Assembly: GCA_964016885.1 (NCBI GenBank)
Contig: OZ024742.1
Span: forward strand, 306,714,001-306,778,000
Length of the DNA: 64,000 nucleotides
Source: Eledone cirrhosa
Taxonomy: Eukaryota
Direction of reading: 5' to 3'
The notes beneath the pieces are model-generated. The model searched no databases. It saw only the letters and a list, made by a program, of their open reading frames with translations, and was not told where the DNA came from. Positions 26,390 to 43,095 of the stretch are shown one piece after another (within the stretch, counting starts at the first letter, position 1; each line of letters starts with the position of its first letter). A program made the position numbers and the translations under genes.

Positions 26390-26875
26390 ATGGTGGCTGC
26401 CAACTCGTTTTCGAGTATGGCCACTACTTTATATCCATGTAGGAGAACTCCTACCGATGCGCTGAACGAGTGTGACTTTTTAGTCCAGCCAGTGACTTGA
26501 AAACTCTGGTACAAACATTACACTTGTGACAATTATTGACACACAGTGCTGGGCCCATGGTACCATGTGACGACAAGTGCAGAGAGATCTCCAGACATAA
26601 AGCAATGCCTGTGCCGTGAAGCTTTTATAGTGAGCAAAAGCATTGCACAAAGCCAATCCCACTCTCTTAACCAAGATGATATTTACCAAAAAGAAGAACA
26701 AGTCAACATCATTGGATACCATCAGAGTTGCAGGTGTTATATCAAAGTTTTCCTTCTCCTAGAATTCTGCCTTGACAAAGGCTAAGGGGTCATCTCTCCC
26801 GGTGATTTTGGATGGCCATTGACTCTTAAGAGCTCCTTTGCTCTTTGACAGGTTTTGTTTTTAGTCCTGCAGGAT
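26390..26875 (-). mobile_element. Non-coding element with an RTE-like 5' UTR motif
   Basis: Minus strand has ggcagaattctaggagaaggaaaactttgatat. A diverged inverted relative lies at ~27350-27775 (shared agagtcaatggccatccaaa and gatgatgttgac). Confidence 0.45.
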
Positions 26876-27349
26876 GTCCATATATATATATGCAAACATA
26901 CATATACATATGTATGTGTGTGTATATATATGTATACAATAAGTTGAATCCAAATAAAACATTACCTTATGCTCAGAGACACACACACATATACACACAT
27001 ACACACACACAGACGCGCACACAGTTAGATACCTTTCGTATTTAGCAGGAAATATTCGCTACACACAACCTGTCCTAACAAAAGTTATATGGTACATATG
27101 ACTAAATATTCAGTCACCAAATTCGAACTAGATACGGTAATGCTGTATACGATTCTTTGAAGTTTCTTGTTATAATTTCGTTCGGCAACACCACCTGCTC
27201 TCTCTCTCTCGCTCTCTCTCTCTCTCTTTCTTTCTTCGATTTCCCTCTCTATCCCCTTCTCTCTCTCTATTTCCCTCTTTTATTCTACTCTCTCACAATC
27301 ACTATCTCTTTCTTTCTACCTTCCTCTCTCTCTCTCTCTATTTATGAAG

Positions 27350-27775
27350 GTACCCGGAAAAAACCCATATCTCGGGAATCAGATATCTGAACACCGTGCG
27401 GGATGAAATACAAACTCGACAAAGGGAGGAGGAACTCGGCAGAGTCAATGGCCATCCAAATAGTACTTTGTTTTTGTTTTGTTTTTTCACCTGGGGGTGA
27501 ATGACCACCAGTTGTTGTCACAACGTCTTTCTAAGGGAGGGAAACTCTGAAAAAAAACCCTGCTCTTTCGGAAGGATCCGATGATGTTGACCAGTTCTCC
27601 TTTTCGGGTAGTGTTTTCCATGCTCAGAGAGTGGGATTTGTCGAGTGCAAGGCCTTTCCCCACTTAAAAAAAACTCCAAATCACAGGCATTGCTTCTTCA
27701 GGATCTGTTACAGGTTCGTGTGGCTGGCCGTAACCTAAAAGTGCACCCTTTTCTGTAATCTGACAGGTGACTGCA
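27350..27775 (+). mobile_element. Diverged relative of the 26390-26875 element
   Basis: Shares the agagtcaatggccatccaaa, ctaagggagggaaactctga and gatgatgttgac blocks. Confidence 0.45.
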
Positions 27776-28039
27776 ACATATATATATATATAACAAAGAA
27801 AGTGTGGTAAGGAACCAGGTGGACCATAACGCACCAGAGTACTCAATACTTAGGATAGTAGAGTGGGTAATAGGAAAAGAGTCAGGACACCGACCGGCTC
27901 TGCTACCGGGGTCCTGACTCTTTTCCTATGTGTGTGTGTGTGCGTGTATTCGCGTTAAGTATTTATATTTATAATAGAGTGCAGCTTTGAAGTTTCATTG
28001 AAAATTCGTTTTATTCAGTCACTTTGAACAAGCCTAATC

Positions 28040-28776
<737 letters not shown>

Positions 28777-29279
28777 TTGTGTGATATGTTCACATACTTG
28801 AAACGTATGCAACCGTACAAATATGTTACTGCGTTCGCACGTGCGTGTGTTTATGTGTGTGTTTATGTTTGTTACGGTGCGCTGATGTGTTACTATGATG
28901 AAATAGTTCTTGTGTGCGCGTGTTTTGTTGTCTGTATACATGGTTTTGTTTATCGATGGCACATTATTTTCCGATGTAAATATCTGCGCACAAAGAAGTG
29001 CTTTTAAATGCGATGACAGAAATCATGTTTTAGGATTTAATATGATATATCTGCTTCTTAATATCGACACCTTAGAATATATCTCCAGATGATCCTTTTA
29101 CAGATGTTTCTACAACAAAACTACCTGTAAACTACTCATAAATATCTGTCGATGTATTGAATGTCTTTTTATACATGTGTGTAGATATTTGTGTTGTTAT
29201 AACTGTATGTAGTTATATAGGTAAATGATTTTACGTTTTGAAGCATCAATTCTAGTCTTTACCAATGGTTTATAATGGT

Positions 29280-29497
29280 TTCTGATTTAGGCAGAAGGCC
29301 AGCAAGTTGAAGGGGAGGGGAAAGTCGATTAAATCGATTAAATCGACCCCACTGCTTACTGGTACTTTATTTTCTCGATCCCGTAAGGATGAAAGGCAAA
29401 GCTAACCTCGGTGGGATTTGAAATCCGAAAGTAAGGGGTCGTAATTCTATGCCGCGAAGCAATTAGTTTGACGCTCTACCGATTCTGCAAATCCACC
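29280..29497 (-). mobile_element. tRNA-derived SINE (same family as 9089)
   Basis: cccgtaaggatgaaaggcaaagctaacctcgg core on the reverse complement. Confidence 0.8.
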
Positions 29498-29882
29498 GAG
29501 GATGGACAGGTTGAAAAACAACAATTTAAAATATTATCAGCAGGAATTTGAAAGTTGAATAGTAGGGTCTTTCTTTCATGTCTCATTTTCAGCTTAGAAT
29601 AGAAAATATGGAATATTTTCCCTAAAAGTAGCTGTTCAATTCCATGCATTTTCTGTAACATTTGGTTATATAAGAAATTGGTTTTCAAGAAATTATGACT
29701 ATTCTCTATTTCCCTGTTTTTACTGTGATACTTATTCGCGATAATACGTTAGTAAATGCAGTTTTCTTGTGACTTCTTTGTTAAATTGATGTCATATCTC
29801 AGGTCATTATTGTTTCCTGTCTGTTAAGCTGGCGTTGTTAATATGGAATATATATACGGGTAGACATTTTTCTATAGATTAT

Positions 29883-30660
29883 TTCTTCTTCTTCTTCTTC
29901 TTCTTCTTCTTCTTCTTCTTCTCCGCCCACTTATTTCTGAGAGAGTCATGGTGACAGTGTCCTCAAAAACTCCTTCCAACGGGTCCTGTCAGAAGCAACC
30001 GTCTCCAATTGATCCGATTGAATCCTCTAGAAAAACCAACTGAGTTAATGGATGTTATCCAACCAGCTTGCTCGGAGACTAGCCCTGAGTATCCTGCCGG
30101 TTGCTTTTGTCCGTAAAATCTATCCTGCGATTCTTTCCTGAAACATTCTAAACACATGCTTGTAGTATCGGAGCTGTGATTTCTCAATTCGGTATGAGAT
30201 CGATGGTCAGCTACTTGTTGCCCTGATGTCTCCATACGAATGCCCGAGTATTTGTGTTCGGATAAATGTTGCTAAATCAAAATTATTCAATCTCTGAATC
30301 TTTTCAGCTTTATAGATTTTTCTCTGCTTCTTTTCAGCTTTATAGTTTTCATTCGGTCATATTGTTAGCTCTGTGAAAGTAGGTACTCAGTAATGCTTTT
30401 TATGTATACTTTTCTACTGTTTTTTACATACTGTGAGACATTTCGACCTTATTTTATCAGGACAATATGTGTAATCTTCAGTTATTTTTTTTAGATATTT
30501 CTGGATATGAAAGAGAACTTCATACCCATGCATGTTTTGGCATTCATATTGAAAGGTCGCTTAGATGTTTATTTATGTGGTTGGAAATACAGTTTTAGAA
30601 TGCGAATATTTCCCGAAAATTGTAGTCGGTACTTTTGCCAGACTAAGGTACAACAATTGA
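29883..30660 (-). mobile_element. Decayed RTE-like LINE 3' fragment with a (GAA)n tail
   Basis: Minus-strand DRTRWKEF C-terminal motif near 29965-29990, RLQFSG motif near 30612-30630, and a (TTC)n run at 29883-29921. Confidence 0.5.
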
Positions 30661-31317
30661 AATAAGTTTACCGTAATTGGGAAACTAGTGATCGACGAAA
30701 TAACTAAGTAAATGAACGGGATTCTTTACAGGCTGTCATAGAAAACTGGTATTCGTTAGGAAATGTCAAGCGATTAACAAAGCAATAGACACGTTAGTTT
30801 GAAGTGACGAATACGCAAGGTTGTTAGACTAGCGAAGAATATATAGAATGCATTCAGATTTATTCCAGCTCTCTACACTGAGGATTCAGATAACTTGGAT
30901 ATCGGCTTTGACTTTCATATTTTATCAGAGGCTTTGAAATAAAGTACTATGCCAGAACAGTGTACTGGGGAGATGAAATTTTATAGCTTTCGACGTGTTG
31001 CTTTAAATTTTCTCTGCCGGCTGTTTGCGTCTTTATGGGAACATATGTAACGAGATTAAAGTCATTCTATCGGTCCTTGGATATTTTCGTTGGGGTAGAA
31101 ATTGGAGACTTGGAAGAATGGGCAACTACTGGTCTTCAAGAAACAAAATATAAATTGCCAATATCTGTATTTTGGAGAGAAACATTCCTAGTGTAAATAC
31201 TCAAACAAACGAAACATAGGGAATACCACAAAATTCCAAGAAATATATGGCAGAGATCACTGTCATTCTGAAGAGAAGGAAAAAACGATATTAATCAATG
31301 AGTAATATTATTTTATT

Positions 31318-31487
31318 TGGGAGTTATCGGTAGAGGGTCAGATGCCATGCTTTGCAGCATAGAGTTACGGCCCTTTATGATCCGAATTCAAATCCCGCCG
31401 AGGTTAACATTGCCTTTCATCCTTACGGGGTCGATTTTATCAACTTTCCCCTGCCCCAAAATTGCTGGCCTTGTGCCTATATAAGAA
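31318..31487 (+). mobile_element. tRNA-derived SINE (same family as 9089)
   Basis: aattcaaatcccgccgaggttaacattgcctttcatccttacggggtcga...gctggccttgtgcct. Confidence 0.83.
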
Positions 31488-31771
31488 AGTAATATGATTT
31501 TATTTCCAGAAAAACTCTCTATCAAAATGTGTCTGGAAACTGAAGGACAACACCAAACAATTTAGTTTTAATGTAACACCATAGTATTTCTACAACACAC
31601 ACCAAATGTTCTTTGCTGTCAACGGTGAATAATTTACAGAAACCACAGTAATTCTGTCGCTTATGAAGAGTCCTAAACATTATCATGTCATTTGTATATA
31701 TTTTACAATTTGAAATTCTTTTTTCCTATGTAGAAAGGTTGGATTCCTGCTCGAGGCGTTGGTAATATTTA

Positions 31772-33445
<1,674 letters not shown>

Positions 33446-33714
33446 GATGGCTGTGTGCTTGTGCATATGTGTGTGTGGTTTCGCTGTGTTTTTCATTCTC
33501 TCATATATTTTATTATTGCTATTATCGTTATTATTATTATTTATTTATATATTTATATATTTATTTAAGTAACATCATCATCATCATCAACTTTATTATG
33601 ACAATAAACAAACCATTATTATGATAAAGTAACCAAACTATTATTATTAAAATGATCATCATCAGCATTACTATTTTACAAGTCATTGTTTCTGTTATTG
33701 TTGCAGTCGTTGAT

Positions 33715-33950
33715 GTCTTTCGTTTTTCTTTTGTTGTTATCACTGTTGTTGTTGTTATCACTTTTGTTGTTGTTGTTATATTTACTGTTGTTGACGTTTT
33801 CGTTGTTTCTGTTGTTGTTATCACTTTTGTTGTTGTTGTTATTTTTACTGTTGTTGTCGTTTTTGTTGTTTCTGTTGTTGTTATCACTTTTGTTGTTGTT
33901 GTTATTTTTACTGTTATTGACGTTTTTGTTGTTTCTGTTGTTGTTATCAT
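33715..33950. repeat. 63-bp GTT-rich minisatellite, ~3.5 copies
   Basis: The repeat unit translates as the 21-aa ITTTETTKTTTTVKITTTTKV on the minus strand. Confidence 0.8.
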
Positions 33951-34380
33951 TGTTGCTGTTATTGCCTCAGTTACTATTATTGTTTTTTTTTGTTCTACGT
34001 ATTTCTGTTGCTGCAGTTGTTTTTGCTACTATTACTATAATAATTGTTGTTGTTATTGACATTATGGTTGTTCTTATTTGAAAAGCAAATATTTTCTTTC
34101 TCGATTGTTTTATTCATTTAAATTTTTTTTTTCAAGTTTTCATGTAAATATTTTCATTTCCGTTAATTTCAATCTTTCATAGTTTTATTTGTGATGTTAC
34201 TCTTACTAATTGTTGTTGTTGTTGTTGTTTTATGAAGAGTTTGTTCAGAAAACTACCATTATTATCATCATTACCTTTATAATCCTCATCAATACTACTA
34301 ATATAATTGCTACAGTTAACATTTCTGCTGCTAGCATTCACATTATTATAATTAACTCGTTAGTATTAATATTATTATGG

Positions 34381-34404
34381 TATTATCATTATTATTATTA
34401 TTAT

Positions 34405-34478
<74 letters not shown>

Positions 34479-34480
34479 CC

Positions 34481-34530
<50 letters not shown>

Positions 34531-34570
34531 CAGTAGCAGCAGCAACGATAGTAGTAGTAGTAGTAGTAGC
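34381..34570. repeat. (ATT)n-(TAG)n trinucleotide microsatellite
   Basis: Direct reading. Confidence 0.97.
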
Positions 34571-34960
34571 AACAGTAATAGCAGTTCCCCTTATTCTTAA
34601 CTATTCTTCTAGTTACTTTCTTAATGACCAGACTGGTTGCTTTTCTCTAGGTTTTATTGGTGTAAACGAGAGAAAATTGTTTCTTTGACTGATTTACTAT
34701 GTTTTGTTGTTTATTACTTCTTTCTTTGTTCCGTTCATTGTTTGTTTGCTCTTGTTTAGCTCTGAGTGTGTGTATGTATGTATGTGTGTGTGTGAGAGAG
34801 AGAGAGGTTTTTTTATGTCCGTTTATATATTTCTTCTCGCTGTTTTGTATTTTGTTGCTTTGTTCTATTACTTCCCACCTTAAACAGAGGAGAATAACAA
34901 TAATTACTCTCACCGTTTTACAAAGAATACTGAATATACATTCGATTGCTGGCAAAAACA

Positions 34961-35509
<549 letters not shown>

Positions 35510-35699
35510 TCGAATCAGTATACAAAAACGTCGACTACTATCAATCGAGTTAGCAGAGCCAATTTTTGTGTTTATTGATTAAAAGACATGTAGAATGTAT
35601 TTTCGTATGGAATAGAAACATAATTACAATGAGATCAGAAAGTGTATGGAGGTGTGTTCCTCTGGTCTTGTGTTATTACTATTATTATTATTATTATTA

Positions 35700-36637
35700 C
35701 AGTTGCATTTAACTTGCTTTATGTTCATACGAGTTATCACCAAGTCACAACCAGTGACCTCAAGAGACAACCAGGTCCGCCATGTTCAAGAAAGAACATA
35801 CATACACATGCATCTTTAGTTGTTTAGACTTTTGATGTACTTATATTGACAGAATCTTCCTTAGTAAGTGGGCAGTTCCCATTAGTACTATCTTTTGTAT
35901 TTCTCCTATACGCGGGTTTCTTGGGATTTGCGATAAGTAATCATTAGACCCCTTAGGTATCATTCTTAGAGCGCCTACAACCACTGGTATTGTTTTAGTT
36001 CTCAATTTCCACATTTTTCCAATTTCTATCTCCAGGTGCTTGTACTTGCTTAATTTTTCAAATGTTTTTATAGATACATTCTTGTCTATTGGAACGGACA
36101 TATCAATTAGCAGGCATACCCTCTTTTTAAAGTCCTTCAGTATTATATAATGTCTATTTGCATCTGTGTTTCGGTCTGTTTGGATGCTAAAGTTCCACAA
36201 GATTGAGATGTGATCTTTTTCAAGTATGGGAGGTGGTTGATGCTCCCATCAATTCTTTTGATGGCGCAGGTCAAAATGCTTACACATTATCCAATGTATA
36301 TATTGTGCAGCTCTGTCATGCCTGTTTAGGTATTCGGTTGGAGCTATAGGACTGCACATTGAAATTATATGATCATTGGTCTCTGGTTGTTTTTTACATA
36401 CACGGCATAATGTGTTGCACCCATTTTTTATTATGTTGGCTTGGTAATTTTTTGTTGGCAGACAGTGATCTTGTGCTGATATAATCAGTCCTTCAGTCTC
36501 CGATTTCAGTCCAGAGGATGCCAACCTCTGATGGGTTAAAGTTTTGTCAACATCAGGATTGTTAGCTCTTTCTGGGTATTTTCCATACAGAGGCTTTTCT
36601 TGCCATTTCTTAGCGAGTTTCTGTAGCAGTTCCTTCT
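35700..36637 (-). mobile_element. R4/Dong-like non-LTR retrotransposon 3' fragment (CCHC finger plus restriction-like endonuclease)
   Basis: ETEGLIISAQD..CRVC..ETNDHIISMC..YLNRHD..; WNFSIQTD..IDMSVP..KLSKY..IPVVVGAL. The 3' end runs into (TAA)n and the 5' break is also at a TAA/ATT run. Confidence 0.88.
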
Positions 36638-36865
36638 TTATTATTATTTTTATTATTATTATTGGTCTAAGCGGACGTATTTTGCTCGCTCACAGTAAGA
36701 CGCTTTATTTGCCTGTTAAAATTATTTGTTGTTAAATAGTTCTTGTTGCGTAAGGGATATAAGCCCTTAGACTTTGCCCTGTGAAGGGGAAAGTATAATA
36801 TTTGGGCCTTTTGGCCCAAATATTTGAACTTTTTTACATGTTAAAAAATTTACGAAGAAAAAAAA

Positions 36866-38848
36866 ATGTGGCTGAGCCACGCCCCCCAGCGATATGTCGG
36901 CTGTCGTGCGACAACGACGTAGAAGTTGAGAGGAGCGCTACAGCGAAATTAACACACATTGATAACACAAACACCACCACAAACAAGGTAAACAAAGACA
37001 TCAATGATACCAATGAAAACTCTCATTTCGAAGAAAATGACAGTAACAGCGACAACGAAAATACAGATAACAAAAAAAAAATAATAACAAATACAACAAC
37101 AATATCAACACCACTAACATGAAAACAAATAGCGACAACACCAACAGCAACAATACCAACTGCACCGAGAACAACGGTGGCAATAAAGACAACAATGATA
37201 ACAGCGACAGTGCTAACAACACCACCAAAAAGAACAACGACAACAACACACCCAACCAAAACAAGAAGAACACTTTCGCAGCGGCAGCAGCAAAAAAGAG
37301 GCCATGCTTCAACATGGACCTCTCAAACAAAGATGAAATGTTGGCCCAGGCATGGAAGCTCATCAAGCAAGAGCAAACCTGGGCCAACTTAACTGTCCCG
37401 GTAGAAGCTATTGAGGCAGTGGAGCGCAGAACTGTGCATTATAGATGCATCTCAGCACAAACCAAAAGGGCACCTTCTAATCCCACAAGAAGATGTCGAA
37501 GTCGCGCTGAGGTGCATCAGAGAAGACACCCAGTACATAGAGAGGGGCAGACAGTACGGCACCATTTCGGTGTTGTTCAAGTCAGAAGCCCTCGCTATGA
37601 AACACGCTATGACTCCTTGCAAAACCAGCAAGGTCATAATGTACCCCTCCCACATGGGAAAAAGAACGGCCCGTCTCCGCATTCCCAGAATCGCACCAGG
37701 ACTTGACATGTGGTGGCTTCTGGGATGTGTGATTGTGGAAGGGACGGATTCCGTCCCTATATAAGTGACCAGACGGCCAGAGAGGACTGGTCCGGGGTTG
37801 ACTTGGAGATCCTTCTCCAGATCAGGCCCGAGAATGTGAAGACTATCCCGGACCACATCCGCCTTCAGAATGGGACGGTCATTCACATTATGACCGAAGG
37901 CAAAAGGCCGCAGTGTTTTGTTTGTGGGGAAAAAACCCATTTGCGAGCCTTCTGCCCTCAACTGCTGAAAGAGGCAAGGGGTCGAAAGGCTCCACTGCTG
38001 CCGACGCCGGGGCGAGGACCACAACCAACACCAGCACCGGCAAAACCACCAACAACAACACCAATAGAAAGACCACCACCAACATTGACCACCCAGGGGA
38101 GAAACGAGGAAAGCTGTCAAATTCCCCCTCCCCCCAAAATACACACACCAATAAAACCATAAACATACATACAGATCCACTTACAGACACAGACCCCTCA
38201 TCTACCAGTAGTGAAAATGAGGGAAAACCCAAATCCCAAAAAATACAAAAAAGGAAACACAAAAAGAAAAAAAAAACTCAACAAAGCACAAAAGCACCCA
38301 CAATAAAAAACACAGACACCACCCACGTAAACATCTCTCCAATAACACCAACATTAACACCACCATCACCATCACCAGAATCCCCCAAACGCAAACAACT
38401 GAAACAGACGCAAGAACAAATATACGCACAAACATCTGAAACCACAGACACCGCACTCACAACAAACACAGACACAACCGAAACAACACCACCAAAACCA
38501 TCACCACCACAGCCACGCAAACAAATAAAATCACACCAACGAAACATACAAAACTTTGTGCTCGTCAGGAGGGCCAACAAGGAACTGATGGCCCTCGTAG
38601 CACGAAGTGAAAATATACAAAAAGAGGGGGAAATTTTTAAATCGAACACATTTCGCGTGCTGGAAGATTTGGTTCTGGTGCGAATGTCGCTCGACATATT
38701 CAAATAAATACGAGACAGCTTTCCTCGGGACGTGGGAATCCCGAACGTAAAACCCACTTCAAAACTGTTAAAGGGGTTCCCAAAAGAAACCCCACCAACT
38801 ATGGAGGTAGAACAACCCGACCTTCACAAGTGCCCGGAAGATAAGTAA
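36866..38848 (+). pseudogene. LINE ORF1 (gag-like, single CX2CX4HX4C knuckle, low-complexity N/T/P tracts)
   Basis: CFVCGEKTHLRAFC at 37914-37955, and TFAAAAAK motif. Split over several frames; the start is approximate. Confidence 0.75.
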
Positions 38849-38879
38849 ACCTTCCTCTCTTTCTGTTTAACCTGCCAAC

Positions 38880-41800
38880 ATGGCCGTATTAAGAGTAGGA
38901 TGTTTAAATGTTCGAGGCCTGGGATCGTCCTGGAAGCAGGGTCACCTGCTCAACGACCTCTATAGAAATGGATGTAATTGCAGTTAGCGAGACCAGGATT
39001 TCCGACACGCGCGCACTAGCCTCCATTTTCGACGACTATCAGATCTTTGCATCTGTTAGCCAGCCGGGAATGGGAGGCGGGGTGAGAGTGCTGTTTAGGA
39101 AAGACCTGGATCTCGAGGTAAGGTCGATCTTCCGGGAACCGGACGGGAAGTTGATGGTCCTGGACGTGAACAATAACGAAGGTGGTGCCGTTAGACTGGT
39201 GGCCCTCTATGCTCCTACTGGGGCAGGACGGCCGGACTTCTTTAGACGCCTGGAAGCCTTTCTGGGTACGTCTCGCCCTTTACTGTTAGCGTGGGACTGG
39301 AACGGCATCTTAGACGCACGCTGGACTGTGTGGGAGCATCCGATAGGAGCGGGGGGTGCAAAAGCCTCCAGAACCTGATCAGCCAGTTCCAACTGTCTGA
39401 CTAGATTTCGCTAATGCGCCAGTGTGGACCTGGGCTAACCGCATAGGGTCATCTAGATCGTATATAGACAGGATATTCATTAGGAAAATAGACAGAAATA
39501 GTGAAAGCTGTCCACGTTTTGAAACGGTCGCCTATTCAGATCACAAGTTTGTGATCTGTATGGTCGACCTAGATAAGACGCGTAGGTTAGGACCTGGTTA
39601 CTGGAAGATAAACATGTCATTTCCGGCACGTAAGGCTTACAGGGACCAGGTCAACAATTTAGTTAAGAAAAAGTTGACAGGGGAAGTCGTCAACAATAGA
39701 TGGTGGGGGGCTCTCAAAAGTGAGATAAGAGTAATGTCGATAGAGTTTAGCAAAGAAGTAGCGTTAGAGAAAAATAGAAAGGAGGAGAAGTTGGTAGATA
39801 AGTTAGACGAGGCTATTGGTAGTGGCATTGCAACTGACGTGCTAGCGGCGAGAATGGCATTAGACCATTTCTTCAATGCGAAACACGAAGGTTGCATTGT
39901 CAGAGCTGTTCGATGGGCCCGCGTGGCAGATGCGCAGCGTGGTAATAAAACAACGATTCGGTCTTTGACGGACCGAGACGGGCACGAGCTGAGCGATTCC
40001 GAGAGGATGTGTGAGGCCTTTCGCCAACATTTTGCTCGGTTGTTCGGGGGAAGTGGCGGGTCAGAGATGGTGGCGGACTTCAGTCCCTACTTCGATGGCT
40101 TGCCGCAACTCTCGACGGCTGACGCTGGGCGATGCGAAAGGCCAATTACTTCAGCCGAGATTCAGGATGCCCTGGTCGGCTGCATGAGGCGCAAGTCACC
40201 CGGTTTGGATGTTCTGCTCTACGAGCTTTACGTAAATATGCCAGACTTATTCTCCAATCTCCTCGAAGCCCTCTACTGCAACTGGCAGCAAAACGGGAGT
40301 ATTCCCAGTTCTGTGAGCCGGGGCGTAGTGACGCTGATAAGGAAAGACGAGAACAAGAGGGACACATTAGACAATTTCAGGCCCATAACTCTGCTCAACA
40401 CAGAGTTTAAGATTTTGCCAAGGTGTTAGCGAAAAGGTTGGCGTTTGTCGTCGGGGATTTGGTTGGGAGAGGGCGCAAACTTGCTCAATCCCAACCAGGT
40501 CCATACACGACAACCTCCACCTAATGCGATACATCATAGAGAGGGTAGGGTGTAAACCTGGCTTCGGTGGGGCTCTGATTAATTTAGATCAATTGAAAGC
40601 ATTCGATAGGGTTGACCATCGGTACCTGGAGGCTGTCCTCAAGGCGGCTATCTTCAAGGAGGCTGTCCCCAAGGCGGCCCCGTCTTCAGAAGCTGGATCG
40701 CTGCAATGCACAGCGGCACCTGCTCGATGGTCAAAATTAATGGCCACCTCTCGGAACCGTTTCAGGTCTCCCGATCGGTCCGTCAAGGGTACCCTCTCTC
40801 CTCCCTTCTGTACGTATTGACTCTCGAGCCTTTACTGCGGAAGCTAGAGCTGTTGCAGAGCATCCCGCTCGAACCGGTACGCGGAAAGGCTGGGTCGGCT
40901 TATGCGGACGACATCACCGTGATGGTGTCGGACTCCTCAGAAATCAAGGTGGTCGGCAATTTATTGGAGAAATATGAAAAGTTGACGGGGGCAAAACTTA
41001 ACCCGGAAAAGTCAGTGGGCTTGCAGCTCGGCACCTGGAGAGGCAAGTCCATGCCATCCAACAGCGTAGTTGGGCGCTGGACGGACTGACCGGTAAAGTT
41101 GCTAGGGGTTTGGTTCGGGCCAGACACCTCCAGGTGGATAAGAATTGGGAGGAGGTGACGGGCAGGGTAGCCAGTCTCGCCCAGAAATGGGCTGGGATGA
41201 AGCTATCACTGAAAGGTCGGGAGGAGGTGGCGAACGCGTACATCGCGTCCGTCATCTACTACCGTCTGACTGTTGTACCTTGCCCCCGTTCGCGCCTCGC
41301 CATCTTGGAGCGGCTCCTCTTCAAATTCTTGTGGAGAGGTCAGGTTCCGCTGGTGGGGCGGTCCATCTGCTGCCAGCACCCTCTACGTGGAGGGCTGGAC
41401 ATGCCGTGGCTAATGATGCGCAGGCACGCGTTGAGGCTGCGGCATCTCCAGATATTCTGCCTAAACGGTGAACAGGTGTGGTCGCCGTTTGTCAGACGAG
41501 CCTTTCCGCAGCTCGTTTCTTTGACTGAGCTGCAGTCCTGGGTCAAGAAGAGACCGAGACTGGGTGACTGTCATCTGGAATGTTGCCAGGCACTCACTGC
41601 CCTCTACCAGGCGGGAAATGCGGTCAGTGGAACTTCCACTCTCGAGTTCTATAGATGATTAATGGTGGGCAAGTGCGACGAAGAACTCGGAGAGGCTCTG
41701 GGAGTCAACGAAGTCGAACTAACCAGTCTGTACCGGAGGAATTTCGAGCCGGGGACGATGGATAATTTCCAAAAATCCCTGGCTTGGCAGTACTAGCGGG

Positions 41801-42272
41801 GGGCACTGCCGGTTCGAGATAAACTCTACAGGCACGGAAGTGCTGTCAGACGGACCTGCCCGAGATGCGCGCAGAGCGACGAAACCGTTCAGCACGCACT
41901 CGTCCAGTGTCCGTGCATTACTGACTTGTGGAGTTATGTTAAACAGTGTTGTCGCGTGTAGAACGGATCCGGCTATCGGTCTAGTCCATAGTGAAGATCG
42001 ACCCGCCGCCTTCTTTTGGCCAGGAAGGGCAGGCAATTTTCCTATGTCTGGTGGCAGTAGCGAAAGGGGTTGTATGGTGGACAAGGTTGAAAGGACTGAA
42101 GACAGACACTTTTCTCTTCGGCCAATCCCTCATCAACTTTTTCAAGTTTCACTTGGAAAGGAAGGTGAGGGTGGAGAGAGAAATGCTGCCCCCCAGTACA
42201 TTTGCTAAAAGGTGGGTGATTGTGGCGAGAATGGCCCGTGTGAGTGGGCCTACTCTGGTCATGCGGTTGTAG
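38880..42272 (+). pseudogene. LINE ORF2 (APE endonuclease, RT, C-terminal zinc finger), with multiple frameshifts and stops
   Basis: MAVLRVGCLNVRGL start, SET, LYAP, DWN, SYIDRIF..SDH, GYWKIN, KSPG.D, NFRPITLLN, KAFDRV, VRQG.PLS, YADD (40901), CPRC..ETVQHALVQC. Confidence 0.93.
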
Positions 42273-42551
42273 GTAGGTAAATTTGAGGAGGAGAGGGGTG
42301 CCCTTCCAGGGTTCTCTCGAAGCGTCGGGTCGTTCAGGACTGGTGGGGTACCTGAGCGAACCCTAGGTGGTCATCACCCCTATTGGGGAATGTTTTTCTT
42401 GTAATTTTCTTGTTACTTTATTGTTACTCTGTTGTTGTTACTTTGTTATTGTGATTCATATTGTTTACTCGATTTTTCTGTAAACCCCCACTGTTCCAGT
42501 CTTTTGTATTGTCCCCTATATGTCGGCCCGTGTGTCCAATAAATGAAAACA

Positions 42552-42606
<55 letters not shown>

Positions 42607-42607
42607 G

Positions 42608-42832
42608 GGCGGTGGATTGGCAGTATCGGTAGAACAACGGACAATATGCTTTGCGGCATACGTTATGCGGCATGCGGCATGCCCTTTACGTTATGAGTTC
42701 ATATCCCGCGGAAGTTAGCTTTGCCTTTCATCCTTACGGGGTCAATGAAATAAAGTACTAGTCACACACTGGGTGTTAATTTAATCACCCCCCCCCTTCA
42801 AATTGCTGGCCTTGTGCCTAAATCGCAAACCA
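42608..42832 (+). mobile_element. tRNA-derived SINE (same family as 9089)
   Basis: ggcggtggattggcagtatcggtag...gagttca...ctttgcctttcatccttacggggtc. Confidence 0.85.
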
Positions 42833-43095
42833 TTATTATTATTAAGGTTGATGTTGTTGACATAATACCAATAGTAGTTATTGCAGTTATATATATATAG
42901 TAGTGAAAGAGTGATTAATAACATGGTCGACTGTACAAAAATGGTTTTATTTACAGTATTAACAATTCTTTCATTGATCAGGTGAGTCTAAAGGTCGCTA
43001 ATCACTCGAAGTTGCGTCACTTAACCTTAAATACAGTGTGTGTCTGATCAAATCATCGGTATACTGGAGGGTGTAACACATAGCATTGGTATTTA

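Larger units (their letters stand above)
36664..42555 (+). mobile_element. Near full-length Tx1/L1-clade LINE, frameshifted, flanked by (ATT)n
   Basis: Two-ORF layout, GC-richer than the flanks, AATAAA at ~42538 followed by (ATT)n. The 5' boundary follows an ATT run. Confidence 0.9.

Noticed and set aside
33561-33950. Mucin-like Thr-rich exon
   Set aside because: It is a 63-bp GTT-derived minisatellite in a low-complexity region, with no supporting splice or gene context.
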